Source: an uncultured Gemmatimonadales bacterium | GTDB taxonomy: Bacteria; Gemmatimonadota; Gemmatimonadetes; Gemmatimonadales; GWC2-71-9 | Assembly (NCBI GenBank): GCA_963795085.1 | Contig: CAWCFX010000003.1 | Span: forward strand, 160,001 to 224,000 | Direction of reading: 5' to 3' | DNA: 64,000 nt | In this document: piece by piece, positions 39,201 through 48,286 of the stretch | How the letters are laid out: every line of letters begins with the position of its first letter | Numbering within the stretch: position 1 is the stretch's first letter | Notes under the pieces: model-generated | Database searches by the model: none | What the model was told of the DNA's origin: nothing | Seen by the model: only the letters and a program-made list of their open reading frames with translations | Position numbers and translations under genes: made by a program

Positions 39201-39558
39201 CGGCGGCCGCGAAGAGGGTGGCGCTGGTGCCGGCCGCCGCCTGGTCCAGCAACGAGGTGATCGAGCCTCGTCTCCAGCGGCCGCCTTCTTCCAGCCGGTC
39301 TGCCGCCCATCCCGGCGTCAGGGAAGCGGCGGCCCGGCGGCCCACCCCCGCCAGCAGGAACGCCGCCGCGAGCGCGGCGCCCCAGGCAACCAGCACCCAC
39401 GACGGCGCATCAAACCAACCCAGCCGCGCCGACCAGGCGAGCAGGCCGAGGACGAGCGCAAAGGCGCCGACGCCGAGTCCGGTCCACGCGAGCAGGTTGA
39501 GCCCGCGCAGCGGGCGTACCAGTGCCCGCACGGCCTGGTCCGTGGGACGCGGATTCAT
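36286..39558 (-). CDS. DUF4175-family membrane protein with long Gln-rich coiled coil
   Basis: Three N-terminal TMs, beta domains, AQDDYGL, LLPGD.L.Y, Q/E-rich coils, terminal EYFKRL. Confidence 0.85.
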   Translation of the reverse strand: MNPRPTDQAVRALVRPLRGLNLLAWTGLGVGAFALVLGLLAWSARLGWFDAPSWVLVAWGAALAAAFLLAGVGRRAAASLTPGWAADRLEEGGRWRRGSITSLLDQAAAGTSATLFAAADFARADDIRASGASALDPVTRRLKGRALQGGVVTAFGLVVFLTAGPVRGPASALWHPGAAWEATRAPVTLSAERAAVDRGENVALHLKAVGRNEATLWLRGPGEPWRNQLVRLDSTGRATESIGPLRTDLFARLTSGGRASDTIQVRVRIPAFLGSLTVTAQYPRYLGLEDEPVPVSGDTLLLPAGTRLQTDGAATADLASGGWTWSGGRAQLEVDGPGFGGRFTPVASGQYRLELVTQTGAPLAGDTVFLPIRIVPDSAPTVSIPVPGVDTIAPLSLRLPLVIEAQDDYGLVEVELESRRVSRLGVADPPRREAVSLPATRPDRAILGFDFDFNQRGLLPGDTLRYFVRVRDNSPVGQSGRSREYVLRLATLAEVRAAAREASDDVGGRLDSLAADSRRLERATEDLSRERERPASGQNRSQSDEMMSYESAKRAEAVAEAQSEMLNRAEALKQALEDLRRSAEAAGLNDPAWQERLKEIQEQLERALSPELKERLAELQRALTALDPERAKEALQQLAEAQQQLREALERARDLFQRAAIEGDMANLAAESDEIAKEQEQWAREAEQSDPAKSAAAEQELAARTDSLAAELDRLAGEVDPDRRDAMEAAADRARQAAQQMQQAGQSAKQGQRRQAKQQGQQAAETLSPLGEQLQQQRQEMQEEWRQEVTAAMDRAMTETTRLTERQLRLAENFRRGDASASARSEQGALEEGVQKLLEQMQGASGKNALVSPQIAVSLSVAARQMQRARQSVASGSPNTRDAADAAGQAVDALNAAAYQLVRSRAQVSGAGSGSGLQEAMEQMQQMAGQQGQMSQQSAGMLPMAGNSGMQQQIRQLASQQRAMAEQLERMRAAGNSPGAEALAQEARDLARRLESGRLDRETVERQERLFRRMLDAGRTLQGQEQDENKERQSSSPTADSIHLPPALRTRLLGDDSRVRMPDWETLQQLSPEERRLVVEYFKRLSQGQD

Positions 39559-40280
39559 CCGCCGTACCCGACGGCGTAGGCAAACAGGTTGACCCCCATG
39601 CGGAGCGCCGACTCACGCTTGTCGGGCGGGTCGTTATGAACCTCGGGATCCTCCCAGCCGTCGCCCAGGTCGGTTTCGAAGCTGTAGAACACCGCCAGCC
39701 GGCCTTCCAGGAAAATTCCCATGCCCCGGGCCGGCTTGCCATCGTGCTCGTGGACCTTGGGAATACCCTGGGGGAACGAGTACACCAGGCGATACACCGG
39801 GTGATCGCGCGGCACGTCGACCAGGGGCTGGTTGGGATAGAGCCGGGCCATCTCCCGTCGAAAGGACTCGTCCATGCCGAAGTTGTCATCGGCATGGAGG
39901 AACCCGCCCTGTTCCAGCCAGCGCCGCAGGGTAACCAGCTCGCGGTCGCTGAAGCGCACGTTGCCGTGGCCGGTCATGTACAGGTACGGGGTACTCCAGA
40001 GGTCCTCGGAGCCGAGGGTCACGACCCGTTCGGCGGCAGTCACCCGGAGCGATGTTCTGGCGTTGATTTCCTTCAGCAGGTTGGGGAGGCTGGATGGGTT
40101 GGCATACCAGTCGCCCCCCCCTTCGTAGTGGAGGCGGCCGATCGTCAGCGTAGGTGCGACCACCGACGGCGCGGCGACCGGAGCCAGGAGTGAGAGCGCG
40201 ATTGTGAAGAGGCCCCCACGGAGCATGGTTCCCCGCTGGAACACTCGGACCAGGGACTGGATGGGGCGACGGTTGCTCAT
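39555..40280 (-). CDS. DUF4159 domain protein
   Basis: GGGDWY.NP, PYLYMTGHG, GGFLHADD, TDLGDGWED, MGVN; TATATT-6nt-ATG suggests a leaderless start at 40280 (40226 is an alternative). Confidence 0.9.
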   Translation of the reverse strand: MSNRRPIQSLVRVFQRGTMLRGGLFTIALSLLAPVAAPSVVAPTLTIGRLHYEGGGDWYANPSSLPNLLKEINARTSLRVTAAERVVTLGSEDLWSTPYLYMTGHGNVRFSDRELVTLRRWLEQGGFLHADDNFGMDESFRREMARLYPNQPLVDVPRDHPVYRLVYSFPQGIPKVHEHDGKPARGMGIFLEGRLAVFYSFETDLGDGWEDPEVHNDPPDKRESALRMGVNLFAYAVGYGG

Positions 40281-40346
40281 GTATTCAATATAGAAGGACA
40301 CCGACGGGTACCGCCCCACTACTGGGGGCCGGGGAGGAAGGTTTCT

Positions 40347-41180
40347 TCAGGCGGGGAGGTCCATGACCCTGCGATAAACATCATTGCGGGGGAGGCCTGA
40401 TTCCTTGACGATCTGCTGGATGACACCTTTCCTCGTCAAGCCGCCCGACAGCAGTTCGGTCGCGCGGGATTCGACATCTACCTCCGGCTCATCTTCAGGC
40501 GCGCCGTCGGCACCCGCCAGCACCACCGTGATCTCGCCCCGCGGTGGCTTCTGGGTGAAGTACTCCGCAAGCTCGGCCAGGGTGCCGTCCCGGATCTCCT
40601 CGTGCAGCTTGGTCAGTTCCCGGGCTACCACCGCGTGCCTCCCGGCACCCGCGGCGACAGCCAGGTCCAGCAGCAGGTCCACCAGCCGGCTGGGTGCCTC
40701 ATAAAACACCACGCTCCATTCTTCCCGCGCCGCCCGCGCCAGCGAGTGGGCCCGCGCCTTTCCCTTCCTCGGAATGAACCCGAGGAAGAGGTAACGGTCG
40801 GCTGGCAGGCCGGAAGCCGACAGCGCGGTGGTCACCGCGCTCAGGCCGGGGATCGGAACCACCGGGAATCCGAGCCGGCGCAACTCGCGGACCAGGCTGG
40901 CGCCCGGATCGCTGATCCCTGGTGTCCCGGCATCGGAGACCAGGGCAACATCGTGGCCCCGCTCCAGTTCCGCCACGATCGCGCGGGTCCGGCCTTCGGG
41001 CGAATGGGCGTGGAAGCTGATCAGCCGGGGATGGCCGTCGAGGTGGTTGAGCAGTTGCCGGGTCCGCCGGGTGTCTTCGGCGGCGACGATCGGCACCGTC
41101 CGCAGCAGGTCGGCGCCCCGGATCGTAAGATCGCCCAGGTTGCCGAGAGGCGTGGCGACCACATAGAGAGTACCCCGCAC
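40347..41180 (-). CDS. rsmI: 16S rRNA (cytidine1402-2'-O)-methyltransferase
   Basis: LYVVATPLGNLGD, AEDTR, VSDAGTPGISDPG, FYEAP, RELTKLHEE. Confidence 0.97.
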   Translation of the reverse strand: MRGTLYVVATPLGNLGDLTIRGADLLRTVPIVAAEDTRRTRQLLNHLDGHPRLISFHAHSPEGRTRAIVAELERGHDVALVSDAGTPGISDPGASLVRELRRLGFPVVPIPGLSAVTTALSASGLPADRYLFLGFIPRKGKARAHSLARAAREEWSVVFYEAPSRLVDLLLDLAVAAGAGRHAVVARELTKLHEEIRDGTLAELAEYFTQKPPRGEITVVLAGADGAPEDEPEVDVESRATELLSGGLTRKGVIQQIVKESGLPRNDVYRRVMDLPA

Positions 41181-41193
41181 TACGGCCGCCCGC

Positions 41194-42210
41194 CTACCAC
41201 CGGATGGCCCAGGGGAGTCTTTCGTAGAACCCAGCCGCCTGGAGCACGAAGCGCTGGTCCCGAGTCGAGTCCCGGATCAGCCGCTCGGCGCTGCCCGGCG
41301 ATACCAGTTCGACCTCCTGCAGCACCCGCGATGTCCAGTCCGCGAAGCTGGCGGTCAGCTCATCCGATCGGACCGGAGTTATCGGCTCCTCCTGAGAGGT
41401 GATGCTGGTCAGGATTGCAAACACCGGGTGCGCGGCCTGCACGGCCAGGCTGGCCCGTTCGCCCTTGCGGCGCCCTTCGGTGGGGAGCTCCGATTCCACC
41501 GCCAGGGAGATCCGGTTGAACAATTCGCGGTACACCCGGACCTGGGTGCCGGGTGCCTGGGGGGCGATCATCGCCGTCTCGGGGATCAGGCTGCCGGCGA
41601 TCGCCGGAGGAGACCCGTCGCTGCGGGCCGCGAAAAGCAATTCCATGTACTTCACCACCGAGCCGCCCGCCGGCCGGTCGCAGAGGTAGCCGCGCACGAA
41701 CCGGCCGCCCTCGAACTTGAGATAATTGACCCGTCCCTGGGAGATCAGCTCCAGGACGCCGGAATAGTTCTCCTCGGCCAGGACCGGGAAAATTTCTTCC
41801 GGCCGCCGGCTGTCCACGAAGCGCAACTCACCGGGAGCCGCACAGCCGGCATGCATCCAGTTGAGCTGTTCCTCCGACGCGGTCGCATAGCTGCACTCGC
41901 TGCGATCCGGATCGGACTTGAGCCGCCGAATGGCCTCGCCGACGGCGATCACGGAACGCCCGTGCGGACCGATCGTGGTGGCGCTGATCAACTCGCCTCC
42001 CCGGAAGTAGAGCAGGACGACCTCCTCGGGAAGGTACCCCGCGAAATAGCCATCCACGCGTCCGTCCCGGTCACGCTTGGCGAAGGAGAGAAGGTTATCG
42101 AGGTGGACGAAAATGGCCCGGGTACGGCTTACCAGAATGCCCGAAGCGGGGAAAGTAAGATCGGAGATTCGAACCGAGGTACGCAGGAGTCGGGCGCTGG
42201 TGGGGCGCAT
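41194..42210 (-). CDS. hypothetical protein with two DUF4388/PATAN-like modules
   Basis: Two repeats of a G.l.l...l.F..G pattern (LLYFRGGELISA; YSGVLEL...YLKFEGGRFVRG); start approximate. Confidence 0.7.
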   Translation of the reverse strand: MRPTSARLLRTSVRISDLTFPASGILVSRTRAIFVHLDNLLSFAKRDRDGRVDGYFAGYLPEEVVLLYFRGGELISATTIGPHGRSVIAVGEAIRRLKSDPDRSECSYATASEEQLNWMHAGCAAPGELRFVDSRRPEEIFPVLAEENYSGVLELISQGRVNYLKFEGGRFVRGYLCDRPAGGSVVKYMELLFAARSDGSPPAIAGSLIPETAMIAPQAPGTQVRVYRELFNRISLAVESELPTEGRRKGERASLAVQAAHPVFAILTSITSQEEPITPVRSDELTASFADWTSRVLQEVELVSPGSAERLIRDSTRDQRFVLQAAGFYERLPWAIRW

Positions 42211-42240
42211 CGGTACCCCGGGTGGGAGACGGGCGGGCGA

Positions 42241-42310
42241 ACAGTGGGACAGTGGGACAGTGGGACAGTGGGACTCGTGTTGCCCACTGCCCCGCTTGCC
42301 CCGTGCCCCC
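42241..42310. repeat. octamer tandem repeat (ACAGTGGG)x4 with degenerate inverted C-rich arm
   Basis: Four exact copies at 42241-42272, then tgcccactgccccgcttgccccgtgccccc. Confidence 0.92.
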
Positions 42311-42311
42311 T

Positions 42312-42647
42312 TTAGATGTGCTGCTGAACCTTGCTCTCCAGCGCGCTCTTGGGCACCGCACCAATCACCGTGTCCACGTGCTTGCCGCCCTTGAAGAAGA
42401 GCACCGCCGGAATCGAGCGGATATTGAACTTCATGGATGTCGCCTGGTTGGAATCCACGTCCAACTTGGCGACCTTGATCTTGCCGGCGTACTCCGACGC
42501 CAGTTGTTCCAGGACCGGCGCGATGATCTGGCAGGGCCCGCACCAGGTCGCCCAGAAATCAACCAGCACCAGGCCATTGGCCTGTTCCACGTCTGCCGTG
42601 AAGGTGGCGTCCGTCACCTGGACCGTCAGCGAATCTGTTGCACTCAT
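42312..42647 (-). CDS. trxA: thioredoxin
   Basis: VDFWATWCGPC, IRSIP. Confidence 0.97.
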   Translation of the reverse strand: MSATDSLTVQVTDATFTADVEQANGLVLVDFWATWCGPCQIIAPVLEQLASEYAGKIKVAKLDVDSNQATSMKFNIRSIPAVLFFKGGKHVDTVIGAVPKSALESKVQQHI

Positions 42648-42753
42648 GGTGTTATGATCTCCAGTCCGGCACCCTGCCCTGGGGCTGGTTCGCCGATTAC
42701 TTTAGCCGCACGCCGCCGGTGGCGGCGCTGGTTTTGGTTTCGTGCCCGGAGGA

Positions 42754-43152
42754 ATGGTGCCCCAGACACCCCGAATTGCCCACATTGGCGTGGCGGTGGC
42801 AGACCTCGACACCGCCCTCGCGTTCTATCGTGACGTCCTCGGGCTGGTGCCTCACCCGCCGGAGACCGCCGATGGCGCCACGATTGTGTCCCTGCCCTTC
42901 GGTGAAGCCGAGGTCGAGCTGCTGACCCCGCACGACCCCGAAAGCCCTATCGCCCGCTTCCTGAACAAGCGCGGGCCCGGCATTCATCATATATGCTACC
43001 GGGTACCCGATCTCGATGCCGCGCTCGATCGTTGCCGGACCGCCGGCTACCAGCTGGTGGACCAGGTCCCCCGGCAGGGGGCGGGCGGACGGCGCATTGC
43101 GTTCATCCACCCCAAGTCGACCTCCGGCATCCTGCTCGAACTGACGGAATAA
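42754..43152 (+). CDS. mce: methylmalonyl-CoA epimerase (VOC family)
   Basis: HIGVAV, ELL.P...SPIARFL.KRGPGIHH, AFIHPKSTSGILLEL; start 42754 or 42757. Confidence 0.9.
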   Translation: MVPQTPRIAHIGVAVADLDTALAFYRDVLGLVPHPPETADGATIVSLPFGEAEVELLTPHDPESPIARFLNKRGPGIHHICYRVPDLDAALDRCRTAGYQLVDQVPRQGAGGRRIAFIHPKSTSGILLELTE

Positions 43153-43182
43153 GAACCCGGGGGCCGCCCGCAGAGTTCCCCG

Positions 43183-43638
43183 CTACTGGTTCGGCCGGGC
43201 CGGCGCCGGGTTGCAGCCCCGGGCGGGCGAGCCGATTTTCTCGAGATCGAACTGGTAGACCACCCACTCCCCGCTCCCGGTCCGGGCCATGGTAAACGGC
43301 ACCACGTTGACGCAATTGCTCCGGCTCAATTCCACCTGGAGTACCCGCTGGTTCGCTGCCGGCCCGGCATCGCTGGCGAGGATCCGGTACCGGATCCCCC
43401 GCAGGTAGGCCTCGATGATGACCATCCGCCGCTGATAGTCGGGCGGATTGCCGGTCCGGGCCGCGGAGCCGCGCGGGCTGCCCCAGTGACTCGACATCGC
43501 CACGAAGTTGCTGTCGGCGACCGCCTGCATGAAACTCCGGAAGGCATCGTCCGGTTCCGGCATGGGTCCCGCCGGCCCGGGGGATCCGCCGCATGCGGTG
43601 AGCAACACGGCCAGCACTGCCACGCTTCGAGTGGTCAC
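43183..43638 (-). CDS. hypothetical lipoprotein
   Basis: Lipobox LLTAC after GTG 43638; two additional Cys. Confidence 0.7.
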   Translation of the reverse strand: MTTRSVAVLAVLLTACGGSPGPAGPMPEPDDAFRSFMQAVADSNFVAMSSHWGSPRGSAARTGNPPDYQRRMVIIEAYLRGIRYRILASDAGPAANQRVLQVELSRSNCVNVVPFTMARTGSGEWVVYQFDLEKIGSPARGCNPAPARPNQ

Positions 43639-43697
43639 GGCGGTTTCGTCCCGATAAGTTGTCCTGCGAAGTTTAACGGCCACCGGAGTCATGAGCA

Positions 43698-44420
43698 ATG
43701 ACCGCGACGACCCGTCTCTACATCAACATTGACCATGTGGCCACGGTCCGCGAAGCGCGCAAGACGGACGAGCCCGATCCGGTCGAAGCGGCCCGCCAGA
43801 GCGAGGCCGCGGGGGCCGATGGCATTACCGCTCACCTCCGGGAAGACCGCCGCCACATCCAGGACCGCGATGTCGAGGCCCTTGCCACCGCCATTACGAC
43901 GGTGTTCAACCTCGAACTGGCCGCCACCCGGAAAGTGGTGGACATCGCCTGCCGGCTGCGGCCCTTCCAGGCCACGCTGGTCCCCGAGCGGCGGGAGGAG
44001 ATCACCACCGAAGGCGGCCTCAACCTGGAAGTCCATGCGCCCCGCCTGCGGGAGGCCATCCAGCGTCTGGCCGATGCCGGATGCCGGGTCAGCCTCTTCA
44101 TCGACCCCGATCCGCTCGCCCTCGCCCGGGCCCGGGACCTCGGGGTACCGGCGGTCGAACTCCACACCGGCCACTATGCCCACACCTGGCAATCCGACGC
44201 CCGCGCCCTGGACCAGCTCGCCGAGGCCGCCCGGCTGGGCCGCGAGTTGGGGCTCGCCGTGCACGCCGGTCACGGCCTGACCTATCAGAACGTCCAGCCC
44301 GTCGCGCGCATCGCGGAGATCGAAGAGCTGAACATCGGCCACAGCGTGATCAGCCGGGCCATCTTCGACGGCATCGGCCCCGCCGTCCGCTCCATGGCCG
44401 GCCTGGTGAAGGGAACCTGA
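43698..44420 (+). CDS. pdxJ: pyridoxine 5'-phosphate synthase
   Basis: NIDHVATVR, HLREDRRHI, TTEGG, ELHTG, HAGHGL, ELNIGH. Confidence 0.97.
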   Translation: MTATTRLYINIDHVATVREARKTDEPDPVEAARQSEAAGADGITAHLREDRRHIQDRDVEALATAITTVFNLELAATRKVVDIACRLRPFQATLVPERREEITTEGGLNLEVHAPRLREAIQRLADAGCRVSLFIDPDPLALARARDLGVPAVELHTGHYAHTWQSDARALDQLAEAARLGRELGLAVHAGHGLTYQNVQPVARIAEIEELNIGHSVISRAIFDGIGPAVRSMAGLVKGT

Positions 44421-44532
44421 GCCTCCACCCGCTCACCTCAGCCTGTCGCTGTCACTTGTCCCCCGTCCCTCAAGTTCGTATCCTAGAGTCAGCACCCGGC
44501 ACCACCTCCCCAACACAACCCCTCGAGGCTGG

Positions 44533-46227
44533 ATGAGTTCTCCCATCGGCATGGCCGAGTACTTCGCGATGGAAGCGGGAGAGTACCTCGAACGGCTCGC
44601 AGCGCTCATCAGCCAGGACGGTGCTCCGCCTCCGGAAGAACTGGTGAGGTTTTCCCGGGCGCTCCGCGGCAGCGCCCTCATGGCCAACCAGCCGATCGTT
44701 GCCCGGGCCGCCGCCGGAATGGAAGCCGTGGCCAAGGCCTACCGGGAATCCCGCCGCCCCTGGGAGCCCCAGCTCCAGGAGCGGTGCCGCCGCGCCGTGG
44801 CCGATCTCAAGGGGCTGGTAAAGGCCGCTGGCAACTGGTCCGATGAAGACACCACCCGGGCCGATCGGCTCGCGCAGGAGCTGGAGTCATTGGGCGGAGT
44901 CGCCTCGCCCGCGGGGCCCCGCCCCACGCCGCCCCCCTCGGCCCCGCCGGGCACCGATGCCGGGGTCCGTGCCTTCGTGGCCCGGGAAGGTGCCCTGACC
45001 GCCAGCGCCCTGGACCGGGCGGCCCGCGCCCTCCGCACCACACCCGAGGCCCACGATCCCCTCTATGCCGTATTGCGGCGGCTGCAAAGCCTGCGTGGCC
45101 TGGCCGCCCTGACCGACCTGGCACCTCTTCCCGACATGCTGGAGAGCGTCGAGCGCGCCGTGGGCGAGCTCACCCGGATGTTCGCGCCCCCGCCCCAGGT
45201 GGCCGACGTGTTCGAGGCAGCGGCCCAGGCCCTGGCACGCGCTGCCCGCGATGTGGCCCAATCGGGACGGGCCGCACCGGACGCCGACGAAGCGCGGCGG
45301 TTTGCCCAGCTCCTGCTTCGGGCCTTCGCCACCGAGAACGATGTGGTCCCCATCGAATCCCTCTTCGCCGCGGGCGACCCGGGCGTTGTCCAGCGCGGGT
45401 CCTCGATCAAGGCCAGCCCGCTCACGGCCGTGGAATTGGTCAGCCACGGCGAGCGACTCTGCGAAGTAGCCGACCAGCTGGAACGCGCGGAAACGCCGAC
45501 CCTCCGCGATCTCCGCCTCTACGCCACCGTCGCCGCCCTCCGGCCGCTCGAGGTCGCCGTGGGCGAGCCGGTCCCGGCCTCCCTGGGCGCCTTTGCGGGC
45601 GCGGCGCGGGAACTGATCGCCCAGGGCGGGGTGGCCAGCAACCCGGAGGAATTCGCCGACTGCGTTCGCCAGGCGGGCGGCATTCTCCGGGGCATCACCG
45701 CGCCCTCGGCCCAGTCCCAGGCCGCGGACCTCATCGAGCAACTTTCGCAGCGCCTGCACAAGATGGGTGCACCGGTCTTCCGGCCGGTGTACCCCACCCC
45801 GGTGCCGCCGCTGGAACAGCCGCAGGCACCGGAACTCGAGCTGCCGGTAGTCCCCATCGAATCCCTGCTCGCCGACGAGCCGCCGGCAGCCCGGACGCCA
45901 CGGCCGGCGGAGCCACGGGACGAGCCCGGGCTGGCCGGAAGCTTCGCGACGCTGGCCCGGCTCCTCGCCGAACGCGGCATGGGTGCCCCATCGCTGCACG
46001 CGCTGCTGGCGGGACCGCCGCCACAGCCGTCCGCCGAAGACACCTGGGAGATGCCGGTGGTGGACATCGCTGAGCTGTGTTACCGCGGACAGCGGGCCCG
46101 GGACCGCGCCATGGAGGTGCGCCAGCAGGCCGAGGCCGTGATCAAGTCCCATGGCGAAATAGCCCGCATCCTTCCCCTGCTGGATGAACTGACCGATCTC
46201 GTGGCTCTCGCAGCCGAACCCGCCTGA
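44533..46227 (+). CDS. all-helical protein with degenerate Hpt-like domains
   Basis: YF..EA.EYL..L...RALRGSALMA and LRRLQSLRGLAAL resemble Hpt H-boxes without His. Confidence 0.75.
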   Translation: MSSPIGMAEYFAMEAGEYLERLAALISQDGAPPPEELVRFSRALRGSALMANQPIVARAAAGMEAVAKAYRESRRPWEPQLQERCRRAVADLKGLVKAAGNWSDEDTTRADRLAQELESLGGVASPAGPRPTPPPSAPPGTDAGVRAFVAREGALTASALDRAARALRTTPEAHDPLYAVLRRLQSLRGLAALTDLAPLPDMLESVERAVGELTRMFAPPPQVADVFEAAAQALARAARDVAQSGRAAPDADEARRFAQLLLRAFATENDVVPIESLFAAGDPGVVQRGSSIKASPLTAVELVSHGERLCEVADQLERAETPTLRDLRLYATVAALRPLEVAVGEPVPASLGAFAGAARELIAQGGVASNPEEFADCVRQAGGILRGITAPSAQSQAADLIEQLSQRLHKMGAPVFRPVYPTPVPPLEQPQAPELELPVVPIESLLADEPPAARTPRPAEPRDEPGLAGSFATLARLLAERGMGAPSLHALLAGPPPQPSAEDTWEMPVVDIAELCYRGQRARDRAMEVRQQAEAVIKSHGEIARILPLLDELTDLVALAAEPA

Positions 46228-46241
46228 CCACCGCTCCACCA

Positions 46242-47261
46242 GTGTCGTCTCCCCCCACCCCCAGCCGCCGCTGGTGGCAGACCGCGCTCGCCGTCCTGAT
46301 CTCCGCCGGATTTCTCTACTGGGCGCTCAAGGGCATCCATTTCAGTGATGTGGTGGCTGAACTGAAGAAGGTCGCGGTGCTTCCCCTGGTTGCCTGCGTG
46401 ATGATCGCAACCAGCACCTTCGTCCTCCGGATTTTCCGCTGGCGGATCCTGCTCCGGGCCGACGATGGCCAGCCCCTTCCCGTGGCCCCGCTCTGGCACG
46501 CCATCGCCATCGGCTTCATGGCCAACAACGTGCTCCCGTTCCGGGCCGGCGAGGTGCTCCGCAGCATCGCCATCACCCGGCTCACCCGGACCCGACTGAC
46601 TTCGGCGCTCTCGTCCATCGCCGCGGAGCGGCTCTTCGACGGCGTGGCGCTGGTCCTGGTCCTGGTGTGCGGCCTGCTCTTATCCGGCCTGCCCAGCTCG
46701 ACGGAAATCGGCAACGTACGGGTCACCCACATCGCGGTCGTCGCGGGGATCACCTTCCTGGCCGGGCTGATCGTGGCCGGACTGGTGGTGGCCTTTCCGG
46801 CCCCCGCCGAACGGCTGGTCCTGAAGCTGGTGCCATTCCCGAAGGTGGCCAGCAAGCTGGTCGCCATGATCGAAGGCGTCGTCCACGGGCTCTCCGTAGT
46901 CCGCTCGCCCGGCCGCATCACGGCGGTCATGGCCTGGTCGCTGCTGATCTGGCTGGTCAATGTGAGTTCGTTCTACGTGGCGTTCAAGGCCTTCGATATC
47001 CCGGTCAACTTTGCCGGCGCCATGCTCATGCAAGGCATCCTGGCCTTCGCGATCTCGGCGCCTTCCGCTCCGGGCTTCGTGGGCGTTTTCGAGTCGGCCA
47101 TCAAGGCCACGCTGCTCCTGTACGGCATCGGCGAACAGGTGGCGGTCACCTACGCCCTGGTCTACCACGCGACGACCTTCGTGCCCATCACCCTGCTCGG
47201 GGCGTGGTCGCTGGTGAGTACCGGGTTGGGACTGAAAAACCTCAAGGCAGCGAACGCGTAA
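46242..47261 (+). CDS. lysylphosphatidylglycerol synthase TM-domain (flippase-like) protein
   Basis: R..RW..LL, NNVLPFRAGE, ERLFD, PG..G.FE. Confidence 0.9.
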   Translation: MSSPPTPSRRWWQTALAVLISAGFLYWALKGIHFSDVVAELKKVAVLPLVACVMIATSTFVLRIFRWRILLRADDGQPLPVAPLWHAIAIGFMANNVLPFRAGEVLRSIAITRLTRTRLTSALSSIAAERLFDGVALVLVLVCGLLLSGLPSSTEIGNVRVTHIAVVAGITFLAGLIVAGLVVAFPAPAERLVLKLVPFPKVASKLVAMIEGVVHGLSVVRSPGRITAVMAWSLLIWLVNVSSFYVAFKAFDIPVNFAGAMLMQGILAFAISAPSAPGFVGVFESAIKATLLLYGIGEQVAVTYALVYHATTFVPITLLGAWSLVSTGLGLKNLKAANA

Positions 47262-47320
47262 CCAACTGCCCTTCGTCATTGAACAATGGCCAGGGCCCAT
47301 TTGTTACTGATCAAACGAGA

Positions 47321-48235
47321 ATGACTGATCCTCCTGCCCTGTCCTCCGGGCCAGCGCTCCACGTCGGCTCCCACGCCAAGGTCAACCTCTTTCTTCGCGT
47401 GCTGGCAAAGGAAGACAACGGCTTTCACGGGCTGGAGACCCTCTTCTGCCTGCTGGACCTGGCGGACGACATCACGGTGGAGCGACGCGACGGCCCTGAG
47501 GTCACCCTGGATTCCGGGGATGCCGACCTGGGCCCGGAGCAGGACAACCTGGCGGTCCGCGCCGCCCGGGCGATCCTTGACGCCACCGGCCGGCCCTTCG
47601 GCGTCCACCTCACCCTGAGCAAGCGGATCCCCGCCCAATCCGGGCTGGGTGGTGGCTCCAGCAATGCGGCCGCGGTCCTTACCGCGGTCAACCAGCTGGC
47701 CAACAACGCGGTCCCCCGCCATGAGCTGCTGCAGATGGCCGCCCGCATGGGCAGCGACATCCCATTCTTCCTGGGCGGAGGTGTCTGTGCGCTCGGCTGG
47801 GGCCATGGCGAGCGGCTGATGCGGCTTCCGCCGCTACCGGCGGCACCCGCACTGGTCCTGGTCCCGCCGGTCGGCGTCTCCACCGCCGACGCCTATCGCT
47901 GGGTGGACCAAGCCCGGGCCGCCGGCAGCCACCGGGGCGCCGTGGCTCTGGATCTCGAATCGCTCTCCAGTTGGGGGAGTATCGGCAGGATGGCGGGCAA
48001 CGAGTTCGAATCGGTGGTCTTCGGTAAGCATCCGCCGATCCGGGCGGCGTTCGAGGCACTGGCGGGCACCCACCCCCTGCTCTGCCGGATGAGCGGTTCC
48101 GGCTCTGCCGTTTTTGCGGTATACCGGAACCCCCGGGAGCGGGACGACGCGAAGATGATGTTGAGCCCCCGGCTCGGAACGGCGATTCCGACCGAGACCC
48201 TGGCCCGGGAGCCGGCGGGGCCCCGGGAGCCCTGA
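47321..48235 (+). CDS. ispE: 4-diphosphocytidyl-2-C-methyl-D-erythritol kinase
   Basis: AKVNLFL, KRIP..SGLGGGSSNAA, GSDIPFF, MSGSGS. Confidence 0.95.
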   Translation: MTDPPALSSGPALHVGSHAKVNLFLRVLAKEDNGFHGLETLFCLLDLADDITVERRDGPEVTLDSGDADLGPEQDNLAVRAARAILDATGRPFGVHLTLSKRIPAQSGLGGGSSNAAAVLTAVNQLANNAVPRHELLQMAARMGSDIPFFLGGGVCALGWGHGERLMRLPPLPAAPALVLVPPVGVSTADAYRWVDQARAAGSHRGAVALDLESLSSWGSIGRMAGNEFESVVFGKHPPIRAAFEALAGTHPLLCRMSGSGSAVFAVYRNPRERDDAKMMLSPRLGTAIPTETLAREPAGPREP

Positions 48236-48286
48236 GCCGCCGGGATTCCTGCCTCCCAGCCTTCCCGCTAGTTTATCGGGCAGCGC

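Noticed and set aside
44443..44471. Weak ctgtc-type 6-7 bp periodicity after pdxJ
   Set aside because: Too degenerate to call, though it may belong to the same repeat class
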